The notes below the pieces were generated by a model that saw only the letters and a list, made by a program, of their open reading frames with translations, was not told the DNA's origin and searched no databases. Position numbers and translations under genes: made by a program. Positions 39,159 through 48,375 of a DNA stretch of 64,000 bases are shown one piece after another. The first letter of the stretch is position 1. Each line of letters opens with the position of its first letter. Source of the DNA: Alphaproteobacteria bacterium (GTDB lineage: Bacteria; Pseudomonadota; Alphaproteobacteria; Bin95); assembly GCA_963665325.3 (NCBI GenBank), contig OZ224045.1:1408001-1472000 (forward strand), given 5' to 3'.

Positions 39159-40076
39159 ATGCCTGCCTACACGCTCAAGCGGACCTTCGTTGCGTTCCTG
39201 ATCCTGATCGTCGTGTCGGGGCTGACCTTCTCGCTCAGCCATCTCTCGGCCGATCCGGCGCTGACCATTGGCGGCGAGCAGGCGAGCGAGGAGGACATCC
39301 AGGCGATCCGCAAGCTCTATGGCTTCGACCGGCCCGTCCATGTGCAGTATTTCGACTGGCTGGGCCGCGCCCTCTCCGGCGATTTCGGCGAGAGCTACCA
39401 CTACAAGCAGCGCGTCTTCGACATGGTCTCCGAACGGATCGGCCGGACGATGCTTCTCGGCACGCTGGCGATTTTGTTCGCGCTGGTTGTCTCGATCCCA
39501 CTCGGGACGCTGGCGGCCATGTGGCCCAATTCGATCGTTGACCGGGTCGCATTATTCATTGCGGTTCTCGGGCAGGCGCTGCCGACCTTCTGGTTCGCGC
39601 TGATGATGATTATCGTCTTCGGCGTCTGGTGGCGCTGGCTGCCGATTTCCGGCCATACGCAGTGGGCCAACTATGTCATGCCCACCATCGCGCTCGGTTA
39701 CTATGCGACGCCTGCGCTGATGCGCCTGACCCGCGCCGGCATGATCGAGGTGCTGGCCTCCGACTATATTCGCACCGCGCGCGCGAAGGGGCTCAGTCCG
39801 GGCTCGGTGCTCTTCAAGCATGCGCTCAGGAACGCGATCATCCCGGTGGTCGCGCTGGCGGCCGTGTGGTTCGGATTCATGCTCGGCGGTTCGATCGTCA
39901 TCGAGACGATCTTCAATCTCAAGGGCATCGGCTGGCTCTCTTACGACGCACTGTTGCGATCGGACCTGCCGGTCGTGCAGGCGATCGTGCTGGTCTTCGC
40001 TTCCTTCTATGTGGTGCTAACGCTGCTGGCCGACCTGCTCAACGCCTATCTCGACCCGCGAATCTCGGTGCGCTGA
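39159..40076 (+). CDS. peptide-type ABC permease (DppB-like)
   Basis: GDFGES, DYIRTARAKG and HALRNA motifs. Confidence 0.93.
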   Translation: MPAYTLKRTFVAFLILIVVSGLTFSLSHLSADPALTIGGEQASEEDIQAIRKLYGFDRPVHVQYFDWLGRALSGDFGESYHYKQRVFDMVSERIGRTMLLGTLAILFALVVSIPLGTLAAMWPNSIVDRVALFIAVLGQALPTFWFALMMIIVFGVWWRWLPISGHTQWANYVMPTIALGYYATPALMRLTRAGMIEVLASDYIRTARAKGLSPGSVLFKHALRNAIIPVVALAAVWFGFMLGGSIVIETIFNLKGIGWLSYDALLRSDLPVVQAIVLVFASFYVVLTLLADLLNAYLDPRISVR

Positions 40077-40085
40077 GGTATTGCC

Positions 40086-41012
40086 ATGACCAGTACCGAC
40101 GCCGCCAGACCCCTCGTATTCCGACAGCGGCAGACGGCCGAGGAAATCCTCGAGCCCTCGCCCTGGTCCAAGCTCCGCCGGCGCATTCTCGGGAACCACA
40201 GCTTCCTGATCGGCGCGATCATCCTCGCCTCGATCTTCGCGGTGGCGATCCTTGCACCCCTGCTCGCGCCGCACGATCCCTACGACCAGGACCTTGCGAA
40301 GCGCCTGACCAACCCGTTCTGGCATGAAAAGAAGATTGATCCGGAGCATATTCTCGGCACCGACAAGGTGGGCCGGGACTATCTCGCACGGCTCATCTAC
40401 GGCAGCCAGATTTCGCTGCTGATCGGCTTCTCGACCATGCTGATCTCAGGTGTCATCGGCACGGTGCTGGGGGTGACGGCGGGCTATTTCGGCGGCCGGG
40501 TCGATATGGTGGTGAACTTCATTATCAACACGCGACTCGCGATGCCGGTCTTCCTGGTCGCGATGGCGGCCGTCGTGGCCTTCGGTGCGTCGCTGACCGT
40601 TGTGATTCTCGTTCTCGGGCTCTTTCTCTGGGACCGCTTCGCCGTGGTGATGCGGAGCATCACCATGCAGGCCCGCGACCTCGACTATGTGAAGGCCGCG
40701 CGAGCCATGGGCTGTTCGACGCCCTATATCATCGTGCGCGAGATCTTTCCGAACGTGCTCTCATCGCTGACCGTTGTCGCAACCGTCGAGATGGCGAACG
40801 CCATTCTGCTCGAAGCCGCGCTCTCCTTCCTCGGTTTCGGCGTCCAGGCGCCGACGCCGAGCTGGGGCCTGATGCTGAACGAGGGGCGCGAATACATGTT
40901 CTTTTCGCCCTGGCTCCTGGCATTGCCCGGCGTCTGCCTCTTCATGCTGGTTCTGGCGATTAACCTGTTCGGCGACGGGTTGCGGGATGTGACGCGCGAA
41001 CGGGACCGCTGA
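40086..41012 (+). CDS. peptide-type ABC permease (DppC-like)
   Basis: LGTDKVGRD, EAALSFLGFG and NLFGDGLRD motifs. Confidence 0.93.
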   Translation: MTSTDAARPLVFRQRQTAEEILEPSPWSKLRRRILGNHSFLIGAIILASIFAVAILAPLLAPHDPYDQDLAKRLTNPFWHEKKIDPEHILGTDKVGRDYLARLIYGSQISLLIGFSTMLISGVIGTVLGVTAGYFGGRVDMVVNFIINTRLAMPVFLVAMAAVVAFGASLTVVILVLGLFLWDRFAVVMRSITMQARDLDYVKAARAMGCSTPYIIVREIFPNVLSSLTVVATVEMANAILLEAALSFLGFGVQAPTPSWGLMLNEGREYMFFSPWLLALPGVCLFMLVLAINLFGDGLRDVTRERDR

Positions 41013-41013
41013 G

Positions 41014-42030
41014 ATGGCGCCCGGAAATATCCTCGAAGTCGAGAACCTCCGTGTCGATATCCCCGTGGCGTCCGGGATGTTGCATCCCGTGCGCGGCATC
41101 GACTTTTCGGTATCGCGCGGCGAGACCCTTTGCATCGTCGGCGAGTCCGGTTGCGGCAAGTCGCTGACCTCGCTCGCGGTCATGGGGCTTCTGCCGAAGA
41201 CCGCCCGGCGCACCGCCGCCCGGATGGATTTTCTCGGACACGATATCCGCACTTTGCGCGAACGCGAGATGGCGCGTCTGCGCGGCGGGTCGATATCGAT
41301 GATCTTCCAGGAACCGATGACCTCGCTCAATCCGTCCTACACTATTGGCAACCAGCTGGCGGAGGTCTATCTGCGCCATGTCGAGCAGAGTCGCTCGGCC
41401 GCGCGCGACCGGGCGGTCTTCCTTCTCGAGAAGGTGGGCATTTCTTCGGCCGGCTCGCGCCTCGGCCAGTATCCGCACCAGCTGTCGGGCGGGCAGCGCC
41501 AGCGCGTGATGATCGCCATGGCATTGATGTGCGGGCCAGAACTCATCATCGCCGACGAGCCGACCACCGCACTCGATGTCACCATCCAGGCCCAGATTCT
41601 CCATGTCCTGGCCGATCTGCAGCACGAGTTTGAGATGGGCATGATTCTCATCACCCACGACCTCGGCATCGTTGCGCGCGTCGCCGACAAGGTGCAGGTG
41701 ATGTATGCAGGCAAGACGGTCGAGGAAGGCCCGTGCGAGGCGGTTTTCGATGCGCCGATGCATCCCTATACGCAAGGGTTGCTTCGCTGCATCCCGATTC
41801 CCGGCAAGACGCAACGCGGCGAGCGTCTCGGTTCGGTGCCCGGTATCGTGCCGAACCTCGTCGGAGAGCTCTCGGGCTGCATGTTCCGGAACCGCTGCGA
41901 ATACGCTTCCGAGGCTTGCGCAGAAATGAGGGATGAGCCGACGCGCATGGGCGACGGCCACGCCTATACTTGCCTGCGCGCGCCGGAAGAGATTGTGGGC
42001 GAACGGCAGGGCGCCGGGGGGGTGCTGTGA
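41014..42030 (+). CDS. peptide-type ABC ATP-binding protein (DppD-like)
   Basis: GESGCGKS, LSGGQRQR and ADEPTTALDV motifs. Confidence 0.94.
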   Translation: MAPGNILEVENLRVDIPVASGMLHPVRGIDFSVSRGETLCIVGESGCGKSLTSLAVMGLLPKTARRTAARMDFLGHDIRTLREREMARLRGGSISMIFQEPMTSLNPSYTIGNQLAEVYLRHVEQSRSAARDRAVFLLEKVGISSAGSRLGQYPHQLSGGQRQRVMIAMALMCGPELIIADEPTTALDVTIQAQILHVLADLQHEFEMGMILITHDLGIVARVADKVQVMYAGKTVEEGPCEAVFDAPMHPYTQGLLRCIPIPGKTQRGERLGSVPGIVPNLVGELSGCMFRNRCEYASEACAEMRDEPTRMGDGHAYTCLRAPEEIVGERQGAGGVL

Positions 42031-43025
42031 CCGAAGCCGCCGCCGCGCTCGAGACGGTCGATGTCACCTGCGTTTTTCAGGTGGGGCAGGGCTTCCTGCG
42101 TGGCGCGAAGCCGCTTCGCGCGGTCAATGGCGTCTCGCTGAAAATCCCGCAGGGTCAGGTCGTGGGGCTGGTGGGCGAGTCTGGCTGCGGCAAGAGCACG
42201 ATGGCGAACATCCTGCTTGGGCTCCAAAAGCCCAGTTCGGGGGATGTGCTATATTCCGGCAATAGCGCGGCCGGCTTCTCCCGCCGCCAAATCGCGCGTC
42301 GAATCCAGCCGATTTTCCAGGACCCCTATTCTTCGCTCAACCCGACAAAGACCATCGAGTCGATCGTCTCCCAGCCGCTCAAGATCCACAATGTCGGCGA
42401 GCCGTCGGAATGCTCTGCGAAAGTTGCCGAGATGCTCGATGTCGTCGGGCTGCCGCGCCGGGTGGCATCGAGCTACCCAAGCCAGCTTTCCGGCGGCCAG
42501 CGCCAACGCGTGGCGATCGCCCGGGCGCTGGTCATGCGCCCCGAGGTGGTGATCTGCGACGAGCCGACCTCGGCCCTCGATGTCTCGGTGCAGAGCCAGA
42601 TCCTCAATCTGCTGCAAGATCTGAAGGAAGAGCTGGGCCTCACCTATCTGCTCATCAGCCATAATCTGGCTGTGGTCCAGCACATGGCCGATCGGGTCGC
42701 GGTGATGTATCTCGGCCGGATCGTCGAGGAGGCGGATGCGGAAACGCTCTTCAACGACCCGCGCCATCCCTATACAAGGGCGCTCCTCGGTTCGGTGCTT
42801 ACGCCTGACCCGCGCCTCGGCGTTCCCGATACGCATCTCGGCACGGTCTTCCCGAACCCGATCGACCCTCCGCCCGGCTGCTCGTTCCATCCGCGTTGCT
42901 CGGAGTGCATGGAGATTTGCAGGTCGCGGGCGCCTCGACCGGTCGTGGATGGCGGCCACGAGACCGAGTGCCACCTCTACGGCAACACCGGCGGGCAGGA
43001 TCGACACGTCGCGCATAACGATTGA
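42027..43025 (+). CDS. peptide-type ABC ATP-binding protein (DppF-like)
   Basis: GESGCGKS and CDEPTSALDV motifs. GTG start overlaps the upstream TGA. Confidence 0.93.
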   Translation: MTEAAAALETVDVTCVFQVGQGFLRGAKPLRAVNGVSLKIPQGQVVGLVGESGCGKSTMANILLGLQKPSSGDVLYSGNSAAGFSRRQIARRIQPIFQDPYSSLNPTKTIESIVSQPLKIHNVGEPSECSAKVAEMLDVVGLPRRVASSYPSQLSGGQRQRVAIARALVMRPEVVICDEPTSALDVSVQSQILNLLQDLKEELGLTYLLISHNLAVVQHMADRVAVMYLGRIVEEADAETLFNDPRHPYTRALLGSVLTPDPRLGVPDTHLGTVFPNPIDPPPGCSFHPRCSECMEICRSRAPRPVVDGGHETECHLYGNTGGQDRHVAHND

Positions 43026-43039
43026 ATGGGGGGACAAAC

Positions 43040-44497
43040 ATGAAAGTCTTCATCGCCTGCCTCGGGACCGAGACCAACACCTTCTCGTCCATGCCGACCG
43101 GCGTGCGGACCTTCGAGGACACGATGCTGTTCCGCGGCGATGCCACCCGGCATCCCCCCACAGCGTTCAGCATGCCCCTGCATGTCTGGCGCACCGCCAC
43201 CGAGGAGCGCCAGGGCCAGGTGGTCGAGAGCATCGCCGCCTTCGCCCAACCCGCCGGGCTGACCGTCCGCAGGGTGTATGAGGGGTTCCGCGACGAGATT
43301 CTGGACGACCTGCGCGCGGCGCTGCCGGTCGATATCGTGCTGCTGTCGATGCACGGCGCCATGACCGCCGAAGGTTACGAGGATTGCGAGGGCGATCTGC
43401 TCGCCCGCGTGCGCGAGATCGTCGGGCCGGATGTCGTCATTGGCGGTGAGCTGGACCTTCACTGCTCGATTACCCCGGCGATGGTCGAGAACGCGGATGC
43501 GCTCGTCGTTTTCAAGGAGTATCCGCACATCGATGTCGGCGAGCGAGCGGCCGAGCTCTTCGATATCTGCCTCGCCGCGCACCAGGGCGATGCGAAGCCC
43601 GTCATGGCCGTCCATGATTGCCGGATGGTCGGCATGTGGCGCACGCCGGTCGAGCCGGTGCGCAGCCTCGTCGAGGAAATGCAGGCGGCTGAAGGCAGGG
43701 ACGGCATCCTCTCCGTCTCCTTCGCGCACGGCTTCCCTTGGCAAGACGTGCCCGAAACCTCCGCCAAAATGCTGGTTATCGCCGATGGCGATGCAGAAAT
43801 TGCAGCCGAGACCGCGCGGGCCTTCGGAAAGAAGATCTGGGAGCAGCGCGGCGAGACGCAGCAGGAAAGCGCGACGATCGACGAGGCGCTCGACCTGATC
43901 GAAGCGGGTCCCGGCCCGGTGGTCGTGGCCGATGTCGCGGACAATGCCGGCGGCGGCGCGCCCTCGGACTCGACCTTCCTGCTGTCCCGCGCGCTCGAAC
44001 GCGGCGCAACGGGGCTGCTATCGGGCTACTACTGGGATCCGGTCGCCGTGCGCTTCTGCGAAGAGGCGGGAGAAGGCGCCACGATTCGGCTCCGCGTTGG
44101 AGGCAAGTGCGGGCCGGACTCGGGCGACCCGGTGGACCTGACCGTCACGGTGAAGCGCATTCTGGAGGGCGCCAGCCAAAGCTTCGGCGAAGCCACGATG
44201 GGCATGGGGACAGCCGTCTGGTTGTCGGCGGACGCGGGTATCGACCTCATCCTCACTTCGACCCGAACACAGGTCTTCCATCCGAACGGCATGACGCAGC
44301 TCGGCATTGACCTCGCCGGCTACAAGGGCATCGCCGTCAAATCGACCCAGCATTTCTATGCCGGGTTCGCGCCGGTCGCATCGCGGATCGAATATATCGC
44401 CTGCGAGGGCGCGATTCCGCCGGACTTTGCGACGATCCCCTTCCAACGCTTCGCCGCCCCCTACTGGCCGCGCGTCGAGAATCCTTACGAGGACTGA
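43040..44497 (+). CDS. M81 family metallopeptidase (MlrC-like)
   Basis: ETNTFS, SMHGAM, LDLHC, YPHID, DNAGGG and VKSTQHF motifs. Confidence 0.92.
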   Translation: MKVFIACLGTETNTFSSMPTGVRTFEDTMLFRGDATRHPPTAFSMPLHVWRTATEERQGQVVESIAAFAQPAGLTVRRVYEGFRDEILDDLRAALPVDIVLLSMHGAMTAEGYEDCEGDLLARVREIVGPDVVIGGELDLHCSITPAMVENADALVVFKEYPHIDVGERAAELFDICLAAHQGDAKPVMAVHDCRMVGMWRTPVEPVRSLVEEMQAAEGRDGILSVSFAHGFPWQDVPETSAKMLVIADGDAEIAAETARAFGKKIWEQRGETQQESATIDEALDLIEAGPGPVVVADVADNAGGGAPSDSTFLLSRALERGATGLLSGYYWDPVAVRFCEEAGEGATIRLRVGGKCGPDSGDPVDLTVTVKRILEGASQSFGEATMGMGTAVWLSADAGIDLILTSTRTQVFHPNGMTQLGIDLAGYKGIAVKSTQHFYAGFAPVASRIEYIACEGAIPPDFATIPFQRFAAPYWPRVENPYED

Positions 44498-44544
44498 AGG
44501 TTGTGCCGCCGATACTTGGCGGCATTCCGGGTCATTGGTTTAGT

Positions 44545-44620
44545 TGGTGCCGCGCAAAGGATTCGAACCCTTGACCTGCCGATTACAAATCGGCTGCTCT
44601 ACCGACTGAGCTAGCGCGGC
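44545..44620 (-). tRNA. tRNA-Thr(TGT)
   Basis: GCCGCGCTAGCTCAGTCGGTAGAGCAGCCGATT-TGT-AATCGGCAGGTCAAGGGTTCGAATCCTTTGCGCGGCACCA. Confidence 0.96.
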
Positions 44621-44632
44621 ATCGGGCGCATT

Positions 44633-45655
44633 CTACGCGCTTGGCGCTGTCCGCGAAACGGCCTGCCGGCGCTGCGGCCTGCCGTTCGCGGCCTGTGCGA
44701 AACTGCGCTGGTAGCGCCCGGGCGTAGTGCCGACCAGGCGTCGGAAATGGTGGCGGAGGGTTTCGACCGAGCCGAAGCCGGACTGCGCCGCGATTTGCTC
44801 CACGGTGAGGTCGGTCGTCTCGGCAAGCTGCCGGGCAAGGGCGATACGTTGGCGGGCGAGCCACTCGCCGGGCGTTGTCCCGAGCGTCTTCCGGAAACGG
44901 CGCTGGAAGGCCCGGAGGCTCATCCCGGCGCGCCGGGCGAGGTCTCCGACGGTCAACTCCTCGTCGAGATGGCCGGGGAGCCAGTCGAGCAGCGCCGCCA
45001 GCCGGCCGTTGCCGGCCTCGCACGCGACGGGCGTTGCCACGAAGTGCTGCTGGCCGCCGTCCCGGTGTGGCGCCAGCACGAGACGGCGGGCAACATTGTT
45101 CGCAACCGCAGCGCCATGGTCCCGGCGGACGATGTGCAGGCAAAGGTCCAGGCCCGCTGCGCTGCCCGCCGACGTCAGCACCGACCCTTCGTCCACATAT
45201 AGGACATCGGGGTCCACTCGGATGTCGGGGTACCGCCGCGCCAGGGACTCGGTGTAGCGCCAATGGGTCGTTGCCCGCTTTCCGTCGAGCACGCCGGTAG
45301 CGGCCAGCACGAAGACGCCCGAGCAAATCGACACCAGCCGGCCGCCGCGTTCCGAAACGCGCATCAGCGCATCCAGCAAGGGCTGCGGGGGAGACTCGGT
45401 TTCGCCCCGCCAGCCGGGCACGATCACCGTGTCCGCCCGCTCAACCAGCGCCAGGTCGTAGGGAGCCTGCACCGCAAGACCGCCGGCCGCGTACAGCGGG
45501 CCCGGCTCGGCGGCGCAGACGTCGAAGCGGTACCAGGGACGGTCCAGCTCCGGCCGTGGCAGGCCGAAGATTTCGTAAGTGCAGCCGAACTCGAAGGTGC
45601 AGAGACCGTCATAAGCCAGCGCGACGACGCGCGAATGAAGCGGTTGACCCGGCAT
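44633..45655 (-). CDS. ftrA: GlxA/FtrA-family AraC transcriptional regulator
   Basis: LAYDGLCTFEFGC..EIFGLPRPE, SICSG and TSAGSAAGLD motifs, with a C-terminal AraC HTH. Confidence 0.85.
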   Translation of the reverse strand: MPGQPLHSRVVALAYDGLCTFEFGCTYEIFGLPRPELDRPWYRFDVCAAEPGPLYAAGGLAVQAPYDLALVERADTVIVPGWRGETESPPQPLLDALMRVSERGGRLVSICSGVFVLAATGVLDGKRATTHWRYTESLARRYPDIRVDPDVLYVDEGSVLTSAGSAAGLDLCLHIVRRDHGAAVANNVARRLVLAPHRDGGQQHFVATPVACEAGNGRLAALLDWLPGHLDEELTVGDLARRAGMSLRAFQRRFRKTLGTTPGEWLARQRIALARQLAETTDLTVEQIAAQSGFGSVETLRHHFRRLVGTTPGRYQRSFAQAANGRPQRRQAVSRTAPSA

Positions 45656-45754
45656 GGTGGCGCGATCTTACCGAGAATGGGCAAAAACGCCACGGGACGA
45701 GCCGGCGCGCGTGTCCAATCATGTACGACGACCGGACTCTGTAAGGAACCGCCG

Positions 45755-46366
45755 ATGCTTCGCCTCTACGACAACCACACCTCCGGCAACGGCTACAAGC
45801 CGCGCCTGCTGCTCGCCCATCTCGGCACTGCCTTCGAGCGCATCGAGGTCGATATCGACAAGCGAGAGTCCCGCACGCCTGCCTTCCTCGAGAAGAACCC
45901 GAACGGGCGCATTCCCGTGCTGGAACTAGAGGACGGCGCCTGCATCGCGGAGTCCAACGCGATCCTGTTCTATCTGGCGGAAGGTTCGCGCTTCCTGCCT
46001 TCGGAGCGGCTCGCCCGTGCGCTCACCCTGCAATGGATGTTCTTCGAGCAATACAGCCACGAGCCGTTCATCGCCGTCGCGCGCCACTGGATCCATACAG
46101 GAATGAACGATGAGCAACGTGCCCAGCTGCCCGCCAAACAGAAGGGCGGCCGCGCCGCGCTCGCGGTCATGGAAGACCGGTTGGGCAAGGCGGACTGGTT
46201 CGGCGGCGAAGGAATGACCGTCGCCGACATCGCGCTCTACGCCTATACGCATGTCGCCGAGGAAGGCGGTTTCGACCTCGGGGAATTTCCAGCCGTGCGC
46301 GCCTGGCTCGACCGGGTCGCGGCGGAGCCGGGGCATGTTCCGATGGCCGTGGAGGGGATATCCTGA
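45755..46366 (+). CDS. glutathione S-transferase family protein
   Basis: SGNGYK, NPNGRIPVL, ESNAIL and ADIALYAY motifs. Confidence 0.93.
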   Translation: MLRLYDNHTSGNGYKPRLLLAHLGTAFERIEVDIDKRESRTPAFLEKNPNGRIPVLELEDGACIAESNAILFYLAEGSRFLPSERLARALTLQWMFFEQYSHEPFIAVARHWIHTGMNDEQRAQLPAKQKGGRAALAVMEDRLGKADWFGGEGMTVADIALYAYTHVAEEGGFDLGEFPAVRAWLDRVAAEPGHVPMAVEGIS

Positions 46367-46413
46367 GGGCGAACCGGATCGAGGCCTGCCGCCTTGCGGC
46401 AAAAGGATGAAGG

Positions 46414-46893
46414 ATGACGAACGACAAGCCGCCGCCGGCGATTGCCGCCGTGGATGTTGCGCCCCGGACGAAGGCTTCCAACTACCCGGAACCCTTTTTC
46501 AGCCGTATGGCGCGCCGGGAGAAGCGGGCGCTCGGCGACTTCTTCGGCCTGAAGAATTTCGGCGTGAACCTGACGAGGATCGCGCCAGGCGGCGAGTCGG
46601 CGCTGATGCACACGCACAGCATGCAGGACGAGATGGTCTATGTGCTCGAAGGCGAGGCGGTGCTGGCAACTCCATCCGGCGAGACCCGGCTCGGGCCGGG
46701 CGACTGCGCCGGATTCCCGGCCGGGGGCGAGGCGCACCATATCCTCAACCGCACCGACCGGGATCTGCTGATTCTGGAAATCGGCGACAGGCCCGAGGGC
46801 GATGAGGGCAGCTATCCGCAGGACGATATCCAGGCCGTCATGGGCGCTGACGGCAAGTGGAGCTTCGCCCGCAAGGACGGCACGCCCTACTGA
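46414..46893 (+). CDS. cupin domain protein
   Basis: FGVNL, HTHSMQDEMVYVLEG and GFPAG..AHH motifs. Confidence 0.9.
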   Translation: MTNDKPPPAIAAVDVAPRTKASNYPEPFFSRMARREKRALGDFFGLKNFGVNLTRIAPGGESALMHTHSMQDEMVYVLEGEAVLATPSGETRLGPGDCAGFPAGGEAHHILNRTDRDLLILEIGDRPEGDEGSYPQDDIQAVMGADGKWSFARKDGTPY

Positions 46894-46929
46894 CGCGGAG
46901 CGGGGTCCGCCGGACGCATCCGGCGGGCT

Positions 46930-47919
46930 TCAGCGCTCGTAATGTTCGGCTTCCCGCGGGCCGGCCCGCATGTCGTCGATGGCCCGTGTGACGTCCTCGA
47001 CCGCCGCCTCCAGGCGGGCGATGACCGCCTCCGGTTCCTGATGGAAAGGCAGGGTTTCGATCAAGGCTTCGAGCCGTCCTTGCGCGCGCCAGGCGGCATG
47101 CCTGGCCAGTTCCGTATAGATCGCCGCCTCGTCGTCGATGCCGAAGAGGTCGCGCATGCGGCTCTGGTCGTCCCGGCTCCGGTCCATAGCCACATAGGCA
47201 TTGACCATGGTGATGCGTTCGGCCCGCTCGGCCAGAGGGGCGGCGCGATGGACGACCATGTTGCCGTGGAGCGCGATGGCGTAGCCGGGGCCCGGGAAGT
47301 CCGGGACGACAACGCGGTCCCGGGGCGGCGTTCTGCCCTGGGCGGCGAGCGCGGCAGCCTCGGCCTTCGTGCCCATGAAATATTCGAACCGCCCGCCCGC
47401 CAGCCCCGCCGGGTCCGTCACCATCATCACGTAGTCGAGGGGGATTGTGTCGTGATGCCACTTGTCGACCGCTTCCGCGAGATTGGCGGGCTCGAAGTTC
47501 ATGTGTCCGAGATGCACGGGCATGGAATGAGGCGCAATGCGCGCGCCGTAGATGTCGGACATTGCCTGGGTGACCTCCGGGCTGATGCACAGATCCCGTA
47601 GCCAGCGGGAGCGGTAGCAGCCGCCCCGGACGACGTTCTCGATCCGGTTGCCGGCCCGGGCCGCCCAGGGCCGCAGGCGCCGAGCCGTTTCCAGCATGAT
47701 CCGGGCGCCGTCTTCGGAGAGCACGCGAAAGGGTGCCGAGACCGCGACCGGGGTGGCAGTCGGTTCGATCTCGGCCTCGCTGTAGCCGAACTCGGCCAGG
47801 CCGGTCACGCTTGCCGGCCGCTCCAGCGCCAGGTGCGTGTCGGGATCGAAAGGGACTTCGTCGGGAAGCCACTCGTAGCCGACCGGACGTTCTAGCGGAA
47901 AAGGCACCGCGACGTTCAT
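46930..47919 (-). CDS. hypothetical protein, probable Fe(II)/2OG oxygenase fold
   Basis: VDKWHHD (HxD), GGRFEYF and VVHRA...RITMVNAY pattern. Confidence 0.65.
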   Translation of the reverse strand: MNVAVPFPLERPVGYEWLPDEVPFDPDTHLALERPASVTGLAEFGYSEAEIEPTATPVAVSAPFRVLSEDGARIMLETARRLRPWAARAGNRIENVVRGGCYRSRWLRDLCISPEVTQAMSDIYGARIAPHSMPVHLGHMNFEPANLAEAVDKWHHDTIPLDYVMMVTDPAGLAGGRFEYFMGTKAEAAALAAQGRTPPRDRVVVPDFPGPGYAIALHGNMVVHRAAPLAERAERITMVNAYVAMDRSRDDQSRMRDLFGIDDEAAIYTELARHAAWRAQGRLEALIETLPFHQEPEAVIARLEAAVEDVTRAIDDMRAGPREAEHYER

Positions 47920-47974
47920 GGCGGGGTTCTCCCGTTCACAGGCGACCCGTGCCTTGCTCCGCCTGAGCCGGCCC

Positions 47975-48361
47975 TCAGCCGGAGCGGACGGCGATTGCCT
48001 CGATTTCCACCTTGAGTTCCGGCATGGCCAGCGCGCTCACCTCTACCAGAGTCGAGACCGGGAAATCGCCGGCGAAGAACTCGCGCCGCGCCCTCCAGAC
48101 CTCCTCGCGCCGCGAGATATCGGTGACATAGATCACGACCTTGACGACATCAGCCATCGACGCGCCGGCCGCGTCCAGCAGCTTGGCGATCTTGTCGAAA
48201 ATCGCCTGCGACTGCCCGTATTCGTCGTCGGCCAGGATTTGCGTTCCGGTGCGCGCCGTCATGCCGGCCACGAAGATATGGTTTCCCGCAACCAGGCAGT
48301 TGGACCATGTTTCCGGCGGCGGTTCGGCCACATCCGGATGGGTGACTCGCATGGCCGCCAT
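47975..48361 (-). CDS. RidA/YjgF family protein
   Basis: FVAGMT, DVVKV and STLVEVSAL...VEIEA motifs. Start uncertain (48379, 48361 or 48352). Confidence 0.88.
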   Translation of the reverse strand: MAAMRVTHPDVAEPPPETWSNCLVAGNHIFVAGMTARTGTQILADDEYGQSQAIFDKIAKLLDAAGASMADVVKVVIYVTDISRREEVWRARREFFAGDFPVSTLVEVSALAMPELKVEIEAIAVRSG

Positions 48362-48375
48362 GGCTCTCTCCTCGG

